Positions 12,180-25,300 of a stretch of 64,000 nucleotides of DNA are shown piece after piece. The stretch is from the NCBI GenBank assembly GCA_030704615.1, contig CM060734.1:33418001-33482000 (forward strand). The letters run 5' to 3'. The stretch comes from Takakia lepidozioides (Eukaryota > Plantae > Bryophyta). Position numbers and translations under genes: made by a program. The stretch's first letter is position 1. Each line of letters opens with the position of its first letter. Below the pieces are notes generated by a model. That model was given only the letters and a program-made list of their open reading frames with translations, did not search any database and was not told the DNA's origin.

Positions 12180-13848
12180 GGGCTTATAGGAATTGCTTTG
12201 CCTTTAGCTTGAAGGACTTGGGAGCACTGAAGGGTCAAGAGATTCGTATTGAGTTGGCCACTGACACGCCAATCTTTCAGAGACCCTATAGATAAAGTGA
12301 CATGGAGAGGTCTTTGATTTAGATGAGGACTCAAGATCTCTGGGAGTCAGGTTTGGTGGAGCTCTCTGGTGGAGAGTATGCTTCAGCCACAGTGATGCCA
12401 GCCAAGAAGGATGTCTATGGCAATTGGACGGAGAGACGTATGTGCGGTGATTACCGGCCTGTAAATCGTCAGACCAAGTCCGATAAGTATGCCATGCCAA
12501 CACCAGAGGAGATCTTTGATGCCATAGGGCATGCTAAGGTCTTTAGCACTTTGGATTTATGATCCGGATATCACCAAGGAGGCGGACAAACAGAAGACGG
12601 CATTCTGGGGGATCAATGAGCACGGCAAGGATTGCCTATATCAGTGGCGGTTCTTACCATTTGGGCTTAAGAACGCTCCTGCAGAGTTTCAAAGAGTCAT
12701 GGATAGGATTCTAGCAGGGGTGGACTTTGCTCGGTGCTACATAGATGACATCATCATCTTTAGTGCTACGGTGGAGGAGCATGAGAGACACCTTCAGGTG
12801 GTATTGGAGCGCTTGAGAGCGCACGGCTTGAAGTTGCATTTGGGAAAGTGCAAGTTTTTCCACAACCAGATTGAGTATCTGGGTCACATGATATATCCTG
12901 GAGGATTGGGGGTACAGACTAAGATAGAGGCCATTGCACAAATTCCACGCCCCACGGATGTGAGCCGAGTTCGAGCTTTCATGGGATTGGCAAACTATTA
13001 TAGACGGTTTGTCAAGGGATTTAGTGCCATTGCAAAGGCTCTAACCAAGCTGACCAAGGTGGACCAGGAGTGGCAGTGGGAAGATGAGCAGGAATGAGCT
13101 TTTCAAGAGCTCAAGGCGAGGTTGACCTCGGCGCCTATCCTGAGACGACCTATCAGGGGGCGTCCCTTTCAGCTACATACGGATTGGAGCATGCTGGGGC
13201 TTGGAGCGGTGCTCACACAGGTGGATGATGAGGGAAGAGAGTTTGTAGTGGCTTATGCTAGCCGCTCGAACTACGTTCTAGAGGCTAAGTACAGCTCATT
13301 TGAGGGAGAATGCTTAGCTGCGGTGTGGGCCGTGGCACACTTCAGGTGTTATCTATACGGCAATCTCTTCACCTTTGTCACGGATCACCAGCCACTCAAG
13401 TGGTTGATGGAGTCAGACAAGCTTACGGGGAAGCTTGCACGGTGGGCACTCATACTCCAGGAGTACGACTTTCAGGTTGTGCATCGACCGGGTTGGGTCA
13501 ATCAAGATGCGGATGGATTGAGTCGCAATCCATGCACAAGCCAACAGGATGACACTGGAGCTCGGCGGCATGGTGAGACGGACGAGGAGATGGTGTCGGG
13601 ATGGCATGCATCTGCCTTTTTGTGTATCTTGGCATCGGGAGGTCAGATTGGACCCACAACAGGGATGACTGCAGACGGAATGTTTGAGGACCCTGAGGTT
13701 AGTGATGAGCCAGGTGATACCCGAGATATACATGAGGATTCGGCTGTGTTGGACTACCTCCGTATTGGAGACACGGCAGCCACTTTGACTGCCAAGGAGA
13801 GGGATCAGATCCTGCAATGAGCCAAGAGGTTCAAGTGGGAGGGGATAC
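12180..13848 (+). pseudogene. Reverse transcriptase and RNase H of the DNMT-Gypsy
   Basis: RMCGDYRPVN, LPFGLKNAPAEFQ, CYIDDII, LHTDWSMLGLGAVL, TDHQPLKW, DADGLSR; several premature stops. Confidence 0.95.
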
Positions 13849-15061
13849 TGTTAGAGGACTGTCTGGGACTTCGACACTTATACGGGATCTGTGGGGTACC
13901 CTTAATTTTTGCACAGACTAAGACCAACAGGAGCCTTAGGGGTGACAGCAGCGCACTTTAGGGGGGGGGGGGGGGGGGGTGACATATCCCGTCATAGCCA
14001 ACACAGCCGACACAGCCAGACACAGTCAACACAACCCATCACACCCAACACAGCCCGTCACAGCCAGACACAGTCAACACAGCCCGTCACAGCCAACACA
14101 GCCGACACAGTCAACACGGCCCGTCACAGCCAACACAGTCGACACAGCCAGATACAGTCAACACAGTCCGTCACAGCCAGCACAGCCGACACAGCCAGAC
14201 ACAGGCAACACAGCCCGTCACAGCCAACACAGCCGACACAGCCAGACACAGTCAACACAGCTCGTCACAGCCGACACAGCCCATCACAGCCAACACAGCC
14301 CGTCACAGCCCGTCACAGTTTCACACAGCCAGTCACAGCTTGACACAGCTGTCGCGACCATAGGGAACGGATAGCCGGACATGGAACAACTGTGGGGAAC
14401 AACACCTGCGAATGGAACATGTTAGTTCACGGACGACGGTTAGTGAGGGAAACGGTTAGAACAACGGGTAGGAAGATAAAGCTAGAAGCAAGGACTGAAA
14501 GGGGGATCATTCTTGGAGCACTTCGGGGGGGGGGGGGGGGGGAGAATCACTGCTGGAAGGAGTGGGAAGGAGCACTTCTTGGAGAGACTTCGGACATCAC
14601 TGGGGGAAAGGAGGAGAGAGTGTATCTCTGAGCAGAAAGATGGAGAGCACGGAGTAGGAGGAGGATCTGTTGATGCTTAATGAATGCAGGCAGTAGAATT
14701 GTAATGTAGAGCAGATTAGAGACTCCATGGCTTCAGCATGATACTTGATAGATATTAATCTGATACACACCTCATACTCACACTGTGTAGAGAGATCTGA
14801 GTGAAGCTGTGGAATGAATTGATGAGTTGATGGAATCCGATAAATTGATGAAGCAAACTGATACTTAATTACCAGCAGTAAAGTAACTAGCTAACATGAA
14901 TGCAGGAAGGAAAACAAATAGGAAACACCCCCATGATACACTAGCTGTAGGTCATGACTGATTGTTCTGCGCGGGCTGAGTACTTAGAGATTTCCAACTC
15001 TTCTATCTTGGAGTTTCCGCCTCGGATAGCGAAGGGATGGGTGAGTAAAAGCCGCGCGACA
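13849..15061 (+). repeat. 5' LTR of C1 (contains a CACAGCC array at ~13990-14350 and poly-G runs)
   Basis: Direct repeat of 26356-27447, TG...CA. Confidence 0.95.
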
Positions 15062-15661
15062 TTTGGCGACCATACTGGGGATCTGGGTCATGAACAACCA
15101 GATGTGACAGGCATCTGGTGGGATCATGGTGGATGGAGAATTAAAGAATTTGATGTGAATCAAATTCCTTGTGAAACTGAGAAGGAAAGATTGTCCAAAC
15201 GATTCTTCCAGAGGTTTTTGGAATTGCCAGACGGTTGTAAAGAAAACATTCTTAAGAGAGTGCATGATGCTGACCCTGAGTGGGGTCTGGAGAAAGGAGT
15301 GATAAAGATTTATCAGGTTGCCTGTAGAGGAAGAGCACGTTGGTTACCAACATTGGTTTATGTGATAGCATTGCTATCCATTAAGCGAGTAGAGTTTGAA
15401 GGCTGGGAGGAAAGAAAGGTGAATGTTTATACTCATATGCATGAAGAGCTTGTACTGGTAAAGAATTGGATTCCAAAGGATATTTTGTGGATCAAACTCA
15501 CACCAAGAACAGCTTTTCAGACTTGTTTGCCATATGGTTATATGGTAATGGAGTATGGTAATGGAGACTTCAAGTATAGCCAAGGGTGCATTGAAGCTTG
15601 AAAGAAACCCAGGCATATACGAGAGATATTACAGAAGAGAGTTTTGGTTATTGCCACATTA
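14954..15661 (+). pseudogene. Extra upstream ORF (ORF0) of C1, unknown function
   Basis: 215 aa ORF plus a shifted tail; conserved in C2 (44269-44964) with synonymous changes. Confidence 0.65.
15064..15081 (+). promoter_or_regulatory. PBS of C1, tRNA-Arg-like
   Basis: TGGCGACCATACTGGGGA 2 nt after the LTR; resembles the TGGCGAC...CTGGGGA tRNA-Arg PBS of Ogre/Tat elements. Confidence 0.75.
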
Positions 15662-15684
15662 AAAAGAAATGAAAGACATGGGAC

Positions 15685-18600
15685 ATGAGTGATGAAAAGA
15701 AGCTAGACGCCAGAGATATTCAGCAAAAAGAGAAAGCTATCTGAAAGCTAATTATCCATATCTTTGGGAGAGAGGAATAGACATAGGGGAATCATCTGGA
15801 CCTCTCACACCATTAAGATCAAAGAGTACATCACCCATACCGGAAGAACTAGAGTTGGATGCCACTCCTTCTGTTTCTTTGCAAGAAAGATTAAGGGAAT
15901 TGGTACGGGAAGAAGATCAATCACGAGGTGAAAGATCTGAGGTACATCCCTGGATAAAAGATTTGACAGAAATCTTTGATAAGAGTTGGCATGGAACACC
16001 AAAAGCAGGAACTCCAGTTTCTGAAGCGGAAGGTGAAGAAGGAGGAGAGGATGTGGCAGAGCCAACGGAGAGTTCAGACTCTCCAACACCATTACAGTTG
16101 AGTTACATGAGTGAAGAAGAAACCCAAGGGCAGAACTTGGAGGATGAAAACAGAGAGAAGAAATTGGAAGAGGAAGAATATGAAGAAGTAGACCCAACAG
16201 CTGAGGTTGAGACTACAACCAGGACATCCCAACCCGTTGGACCTGGATCAAGTGGAGCACTTGGATCACAGGCCAACGAAGGTGTCGGCTCAGGGGGATC
16301 AGGCGGGCTGCCTGGATCTGGCTCTGGGGGACAGGGAGTGTGGGAAGTAGTGCAACTGAAGCTGGGAATACTGTGAATATCGTGGGGCCAGAAGCAGGGA
16401 GTGCTCAAGGGCCACCACTTGGTGGAAGATCCACCACAACAACAACAGGTCCAGAAGGACCAGCACCAGCAAGGGTGCCAGCACCTGTCAGTGGGCAGAA
16501 AGTAGGGCCACAGATGGCGTTACAACCAACACGGGCAAAACCACCTTTTCCAATATATTCAGGAAAAGGGGATCCCGATGTACACATTAGCCAATTTGAG
16601 CACATGTGTATAGTGAACAATGAGAATGGCGATGATGCCAAGATGAGATTGTTTCCTTGTTCACTTATAAAGAAAGCAAGTGAATGGTATGCAAGATTCC
16701 CTGATAATCATTTCCTAACCTGGAATGGCTTGAATACAACATTCCGAAATAGGTTCAGGACAAGTAAAACTGAGGATGAAGTGTATGGAGTTTACAACAG
16801 TTAAAGCAAAAGAAGCATGAAACTGTTGAGGAGTATATGGAAAAGATGGAATTGATGATGAAAAAGCTGGCTGCAGTACCAGCACCAGGGTTACAGAAGA
16901 CTTGGTTTGTGAGTGGACTAAGACCAGAGTTGCAAAAGAAAGTGGATATGTTACCCCATAATACAGTGGAGGAGGCATTTGAAACTGCAAACAGAATTGA
17001 GCAATTGGGAATGCTCAGGAGAGAGAAAAGGGATGATGAGGACTCTGAGGATGAGTCAGATGAAGAAGAAGAGCAAGAACTAAAAAGGAAGAGTAAGAGA
17101 AAGGAGAAGTTGAAGAGGGATAACTATGAGAAAAGATTGGAAGAAATCTTGAAGAAGTATGCCACAGAGGCTGCAACACATTGGAGGAAGGTGTATGGTG
17201 TGCAAAGTGCCAGAATGAAGGCCATACCACCACAGAATGCCACATGAAGGAGAAACACTGTACTATCTGTAAAATGGATAACCATTCTACTGAGAATTGT
17301 TACTACAACAGAAGGACAGTTGCAAGAGAACCTAGGCAAGTAAGGGTGCATCAAGTGCAGCCCCAGCCAAGAAGAAACAATGATCAGGACCACTATGGTA
17401 GGTCTGGTGGTTATAACAATGGCATGGAAGGGAGAGGTAATTCAAGAGGGAATTACCAAGGAAATTCCAGAGGCAACTATCAGGGTAATCCAAGGGGGAA
17501 TTACCAGCCCGGGAATCAGGATTACAGAAATAATCCAAGAACAGACCAAGGGCGAGGACCCAATGGTGAAGAACTATGTTACTATTGTAATCAGCCAGGA
17601 CATCGCAAGGCAGCCTGTTCATTCTGGATTAGACACCAGAATGAGATGAGAGCTCCTGTGAATGAGGGCCCAGTGGTGGCAGCTCACATGGTTAGGCCAT
17701 GTGTTGTACCAGAAGTAAGTACAATGATAGTAACAAGAAGTAAAGCCAAACTAATACCTCCAGTAGTAGAGGAAGAAGATGATAATGAAGGTGGCAGTGA
17801 TATGCCTGAAGATGATGAGGCTTGGAGAGATGAGAAGGAACTGCACAAGGAAGTGGCAGATACCATAAGGGAAATGCAGAAGAGTACTGATATTCCTGTG
17901 GCAGATTCCTCTGATTCTGATGGAGAAGAAGAAGTGAGTGAGGATGAAAGGAAGAAAGAAGATGCAGACATGCAAAGTAATGAAGAGACTTTGGCTGAAG
18001 TAATATGCCAGACCAAAGCAGAGATTACCATTGGACAGCTATTGGCTGTGGCACCTTATTGTAGGCACAGGCTGTATCAAGCAATCAATCGAATTGCCCA
18101 GGAGACAGGAAACACAGACCTGAACAGCAAGGTGACCAGTTATAATGTGAAGCCGGAAGGGCGAGAAACAGTCATGGACTTTGATGATTCTATGCCAGTA
18201 ATCCAATTGAGAATTGGAAGCACAAACTAACTGATGTACTGATAGATGGAGGTTCTGGAGTAAATATCATGACAGACCAATTAAGGAAGAAGCTTGGTCT
18301 AAGTAACATGAAACCAGCCCCATTTACAGTAACAATGGCAGATCAAAGAAGTGTACAGCCATTGGGATTAATAAGAGGAGTTAAGATACAGATACAGAAG
18401 ATGATCTTTATGATCATAGTAACTGTGTTGAAGATGGATGAAGTCATGGAGGCTTACTCCTTATTATTGGGACGTCCGTGGCTGAAACAGGCCAGGGTAT
18501 TCCATGACTGGAATTCTCAGTTACTAACCGTGCATAATGGGATACACGAGATACAAATTACCACAAAGAAATCTAGTAGATTACCTGCTACGAGAAGACC

Positions 18601-21600
18601 TCGAGGAGTCAGAGAGTATGACTGGAGAGGAGGACTGGATGAGGAGCAGGAAGCTACCCTGTTTGCTGCACACCCAGAGTGGGAGCAGGTTGCAGAGATG
18701 CGGCTGGAAGGCCTAAGTTGTTTAAGGGTATCTGCTGTGGTGTAGTGTCAACAACACCGATTGAAGAGGAAACCAGCAGTTACCCATCACATTTCTATGA
18801 AGAAAAAGAAGGAGAAATGGAAATCCTAGAGGAACCAGCCACTGTGAGTTTACAGGATGAAGTGGTGACTGGTTGGACAATCACAGCTGATGAGCAAGTG
18901 AGGGAAGTGAATGTGGGAACTAAAGAGGAACCAGGATGGTGAAGGTAGGAGCTGATTTGGAGCCAGAATTCTTTGAAGAAGCTAAGAGTTTGTTCATCAA
19001 ATACAGAGATGTATTTGCTTGGAGCTATGAGGATTTAACAGGGATACCACCTGAAATCTGTCAGCATAAGATTGAACTGGAACCGGGGTCAGTACCAATC
19101 AAGCAGGCAAGGTACAGAATGAATCCCAACTACGCACAGAAGGTTGGAGAAGAGATCAAGAAGTTGGCTGAGGCTAAGTTTATATACCCAATAGAGTATA
19201 CAACTTGGTTGTCACCCATTGTGATAGTTCCCAAGAAGAATGGTAAACTAAGAGTTTGTGTGAACTACAAGAAGCTGAATGCTTGTACGAAGAAAGATCC
19301 TTTCCCTTTGCCATTCACAGAAGCAGTATTAGACACTGTGGCAGGCCATGAGATGTACTCATTCATGGATGGCTTCAGTGGTATAATCAAGTGCAAGTGG
19401 CAGAAGGAGACCAAGGAAAAACAGCTTTCATCACAGACTGGGGTGCTTATGCATACAAAGTCATGCCCTTTGGACTTTGTAATGCACCAGCGACCTTTCA
19501 GAGAGTGATAAGTGAATCTTTTCATGAGTATCTGGATGATTTCATGCAGGTGTTCTTGGATGATTTCAGTGTGTACAGCTCTAAGAATGAGCACTTGCAT
19601 AAATTGGAGTTATGTCTGGCCAGATGCAGGATGAGAGGTCTGGGCCTGAATCCAGAGAAGTGTACTTTCTGTGTGAACTCAGGGGTGCTTCTGGGACACA
19701 TTGTGTGTAAGAGGGGACTTCTTGTGGATCCCAGGAAAACAGAGGCCATTAAAGCCTCTCCACCACCAGTGAATGTTAAGAGTCTAAGGAGATTCCTTGG
19801 ACAAACCAGCTATTACAGAAGATTTGTCAGACGGTATGCACAGATAGCAGCACCATTGAGCAAACTTCTGAAGAAAGATGCAGTGTTTGCATGGACACCT
19901 GAATGTCAACAGGCTTTTGAGGAACTTACATTGTCAGTAACAACTACACCTGTGCTGATTAGTCCTCACTGGCAGAAAATATTTCATGTTCACTGTGATG
20001 CTTCTGGAGAAGCACTAGGAGCGGTGTTAGCCCAAAATGTAACAGGAAGGATAGATTCACCTGTGTACTATGCTAGCCGATTGATGAACAATGCCGAAAG
20101 AAATTATAGCACAACGGAAAGAGAAGCATTGGCAATGATCTATGCAGTGAAGAAATTCAGGCATTACCTGTTGGGCAAGAAGTTTATGTTCTATGTGGAT
20201 CACCAGGCTCTGATATACCTGGTAAACAAACCTCTGATAAGCGGAAGAATAGCAAGATGGTTAATAATCTTGCACGAGTTTGAGTTCGAGGTTGTTTACA
20301 AGCCTGGGAGACTGCATCTTGTGGCGGATCACTTGTCAAGGTTATCAACAGGAGAACCAGCCACGGGAGTAGATGATCAATTACCAGATGCGAGTCTATT
20401 TACAGTGGAGGTGCAGGGAAGTGCAGATGACTGGTTAGATTGGCAGTGGCCAATCAGATACTACCTTGCTCATGGTCAGTGCCCACCAAGTTATGGAAAG
20501 GAGCAGAGAAAGAGAATTGCTATCAAGGCTCTACCTTACACTATGGTAGGGAGCAGAATGTATAAGCTAGGACCAGATGGAGTGCTGAAGCGATGCTTAT
20601 ACCACCATGAAGTTAATAAAGTTTTGGAGGAAGTTCATAAAGGAGTGGCAGGAGGTCATTTTGGAGAAGAGACTACCAGCAGGAAAATACTACATGCAGG
20701 TTACTGGTGGCCTACTTTGTTCAAAGATGTACACAAGTATTGTCAGAGTTGTGATGAATGTCAGAGGCTGGGACCTTTGCAGAGATCTGGGAAAATGTCT
20801 TTGCATCCTACAATGCCTACGGAACCATTTCAGAAATGGGGACTAGACTTTGTTGGACCAATTAACCCACCAGCCAAGAATACACAGAACAGGTACATAA
20901 TTACAGCCACTGATTATACTACGAAGTGGGTGGAAGCTAAAGCTTTGAGGGACACATAGCCAAGTCCACAGCAAGGTTTCTGTATGAGAACATACTTACA
21001 CGATTTGGCTGTCCCTTGGAATTTATCAGTGATCAAGGAAGTCACTTCATTAATGAGACCATTGAATTGTTGACTAAAGAGTTCATGATTGTGCATAGGA
21101 GGAGTACAACATATTATCCACAGGGTAATGGGCAGGCAGAGGCTACGAACAAAATACTATGTACTATCTTGGCTAAGATAGTCAATGCAAACAGAACAGA
21201 TTGGGATACAAAGCTGCTGACAGCTTTGTGGTCATACAGGACTTCATATAAAGTCACCACTAAGTATACACCATTCCAATTAGTTTATGGTATGGAAGCC
21301 TTACTTCCAGTGGAATTCCTGTTACCTACCATGAGAACGGAATGGGGAAAGAGAATGGAATTGCAAGATTCCATAAAAGTCAGGAAACATGAATTATACC
21401 ATGTGGAAGAAGTACGTGCTGATGCAGCTGATAATATGACCAGAATTCAGATGAAGAGAAAGGAACAGTTTGATGAAGGCAAGTTAAAGACTTTTAAGAC
21501 GGGAGATTTGGTTCTATGGTTGCAGAAGAAGGGAAAGATTAAAGCTTGTAAGCTTAAATCACCATGGAAAGGACCTTATGTCATACAAAAGATGTATGAT

Positions 21601-22050
21601 AACAACACCGCCATGTTACAAACCATTAACAAAGAGATGCTGGGAAGAGTCAATGCTAATAAGTTGAAGGGGTACAGTGGTATCCATGACAAACCATTGC
21701 AGCATATTTGCATGTTGAAACGCAAAAGCAGTCACGGGCTGCGCCAGTGTTACCAACGGAGTATAGAGCACTTGTCGCTAGGCCGAGCATATATGACCAG
21801 GGCGGGCAGAACAAGCGAGACACAGCCTATCACAGCCCATCACGACGTGACACAGCCTATCACAGCCCATCACAACGTGACACAGCATATCACAGCCCAG
21901 CACGGCGCAACACAGCCTATCACGACCTACCACAGCGTGTCACAACCTATCACAGCTTACCACAGTGCATCACAGCCTATCACAGCTTACCACAGTGTAT
22001 CACAGCCTATCACGGCATACCACAGTATGACACAGCCTATCACAGCTTAA
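15685..22050 (+). pseudogene. gag-pol of C1 (gag, zinc knuckles, PR, RT, RH, INT), frameshifted
   Basis: DPDVHISQFE gag motif, CAKC/CTIC/CYYC knuckles, [51 protein letters not shown]. Confidence 0.95.
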
Positions 22051-22060
22051 CACAGCCTAC
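21815..22060 (+). repeat. 21-bp tandem repeat (CACAGCCTATCACAGCTTACC-like) after the integrase
   Basis: About 11 imperfect units; also present at ~37850-38105 in C2. Confidence 0.9.
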
Positions 22061-22350
22061 TAGGGTTACACAATCCATAGAATCAGTGACAGGTGGACGC
22101 AGGATAACTTCAGTGAAATGGCCGGCGGAAGAAAGGACGGAAGCCAGTTTACAAAGGGACACGTGGAAATCAAGGCGCAACACACAGCTGAGAAGGAGTG
22201 CAAGAACGGATATCATCAAGAAAGGGGACAAGAATGGCCGTCAAAATACCTAATCAGTGCGTCAAATTGGATGAATGGCGGGCCCATTAATGAATACAAA
22301 AAGGGGCAACAGAACAAACGGCAAGTACAGAAAAACAAAATTCTTGTCAC

Positions 22351-25300
22351 ATGTGTTATCCTAGTGGACAGTCCAGCAGGGAAAGTCCACTAAAGAAAAT
22401 TAAATCTAAAATTCAGTCACAGCGGTTACAGCCAATAGAAAGCCAGAGAAGGGATCAAGAAATTGGAGGGAAATTAAGCGCAAGAGTCGGCGTCGTTCTG
22501 AGTAACGGGCGTCTCGACGGGACAAACCATCAATGCTATAGCTTTGAAGCAATGGAGGAACTAACAGACTATACGCTCGCAATATTACTTACGCAGTGGC
22601 ATAGGGACGAAACAACAGAGCGGATCTTTTCTCTTGAGCGATGCTTGCAAGCCCCGCAGGCTTACAAGAAAATACCCATAGCTTTTTGTGGCAACCATAC
22701 GTTTATGCTTTGTGCACTACAGGCATTTCTTCAGTTGTTACAGCCAAAACATTTCTGTGGGTCTAGAATGAAGAGAGTGAGAGGAATGGAGAAAATCAGG
22801 GTGAAGAGCACCACAATTCTGCAGAAACAAACGATTGCTACCCCACAGGCGATACAGATACTGAAGGAGCTGAGATTCCAAGGATTGCAAAGCAAAGATT
22901 GGACATTGCACCATAGACAGTACATGTTACAATTCTTGCAGAACTTTGAGCCAAGGACAGGAGCAACAACGGTGAAGGGAGTTGAATTAGTAATTACTCC
23001 CCTATACCTCCAGCAATTGTTTCGATTGCCAGCAGGCCAGGTGCATGTGGAGGCAAGACTGCAAATAGGGGACTTATTCCAAGAAGGGAGTTTCTTTAAA
23101 ACTCAGGGTTATGCTTGTACCAAGGCCGTGTACCCAGGGCTAAAGGAGGTAGGCCAGGTATTGAACGTTCTGTTTGCCATGAAACAGAACCAACAGTATT
23201 TGAGCAGATCCTTCACAGAGGAAATACTCAAAGCCCTGAGAGGAGAAGAGGTAGAATGGGCGGACATAATGTACAACGCACTGGTGGTAGAGGAGATGAA
23301 AAGATTACAGGGTACTGCCGCAAAGTCTCCTATTATAGTGTCTGGCCCAATCATTGCTCAAATAATTCTTGATTCTGGCATACTTGATGCGCGAGAAAGA
23401 AAGGAGATGGGAGTGTTTGAGCCAGAAACCACTGCAATGGAAGAGCAAGGCTCTTCACACAGTGAGGGTGGACTGGCAAGGCAACCCGAGAATAAGAGAC
23501 AGAGGCGGGGAAAGACTGTAGTGGCGGATCCACTGGCTTCACGGAATCCGCATGATAATGTTTCCCAAGTTTTTGTGCAGGAAGGGGCACAGCAGCACAG
23601 AGAACTGCTATTACTGGAAGCAGGACCTTCAGAGAGGGAAGAGGAAGTTACTTCAGTATCACAGCCATCACAGCCAGAGGATCGGCTTGTCACAAGGTTA
23701 CCACAAGTTGTCCATGCAGTTCAACCAGAAATAATTGATTTAGAAAAAGAAGGGTTAGATATTCCCACTACAGAACAGGTGGTGGCAGAAATAGAGAAGG
23801 GGGACCTTCTCTATGAATATTCTGGTATGGTCAAGGACACAGTGATTCCGGAGGTGCAACGTTGTCCAAGGGAAACCCTGCGGCGCATATAATACACACA
23901 CCTGTGACGGAGGTACCACAGGTAGAATGCCAAGACACTGCAGCACCAGTGACGGATGAAGTGGTTCAGGAAGAAAATCTGGTGGGGCAATGGCCTGAAT
24001 GGTTCGTAAGGCATCACACTGTTGAGGATCAGGGAGAACAGCAGCAAGCTCACCATGATGACCCTCAACAGGCTATGCTTATGAGTTCCATAAGCAGGAC
24101 ACTGATTTGTTGGGTACTTATGTCAAATCCCATGTTCCCACTACTCAATTGGCAGCTTTGAGGGAGGAACTCAGGCAAGAGTTTGAGGCTCGACTTGCCA
24201 CAGAGTGTGCAAACAAGGTCGATGAAGAGGTCACTCTCAAAATGCAGCAAAACTTAGAGAGTACAGAAGCGGCTTTGCAATTGGCCAAGGAACAATTGAT
24301 TGAGGCAGGCCTCGCACTAGAACACTTGCACGAAGCACATAAGCAACAGCTATACCAAATGCAGGTGAAGCATGAAAGCAAGTTGCAAGAAGTGAATGCA
24401 CTACATATGGAGTTGCAGACAGTGCATGACAGGATGGCCATACAATGTGCTACACTCACAACTATGCTTGACCAATCTACAAAAGAAATAAACAGTCAAG
24501 CGGAAAAATGTACGAAGGCAGAAGAAGAGAATGTTGAGCAAATGAAACTCATTGTCGATATGAAGAATACAATCTGTCGCAATGAGGATACTTTCAAGCA
24601 ATACAGGCAGGTTGAAGCTGACCAAGAGAAGCACATCCTGGAGTTGCAACAAACGGTCATGGCCAATAGAAATGAAATCTCGGTCACTAACAAGGCTTGG
24701 AAGGAAGCCAATAATCTGCTTGCTGCTTATGCAAATTTGGTTGAACCTCATGCGAAGCGCATGGAGGCTTTACAACAGCAGTTAGATGTGTACAAACTCA
24801 GAGAGGAGCACACTCTCAGAGGAACCACAAGCAACTTGGTGGATAACCACCTTATGCAGGTCTGGTTAGCACAAGGGCCAGTGGAGGGCAAAGCACCACG
24901 AAAGCTCACCCAAAGCGAAATGAATGAGCTCAGACTGCAAGTGCAGAACATTGCCACAACTACTATAGACAATGTCTATAGTAGGATAGCGGAGTTACAG
25001 GAGGATGTAGACGGACTGCAGACTCAAGTGGAGGACCTAACTTCAGATATTGACAAAAGAGTCTATATACCTGAGGAACAGCTAATGGCTTCTTATTCAC
25101 AAGCCAGAACTTTGGCTTTTCAATCTTCTTCACAGCAGGTGCAGGAGATGCCAATGATACAAGAGCCAGTGCCACCAACACCACAACAAGTCGCTGTGCC
25201 AGTAGCTGACCCTGTTGTTACTACAGCCACGCCACAGCCACCACAGCCTGACGTATGGGGCAATGCTGCTTTTAACCCACCTAAAACTCCAGCTGCAAGG

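Noticed and set aside
13909-14374. His/Ser/Gln/Thr-rich ORFs (also 6560-7247, 26475-26747, 33213-33476, 45521-45733)
   Set aside because: Artefacts of stop-free CACAGCC arrays that are open in several frames.
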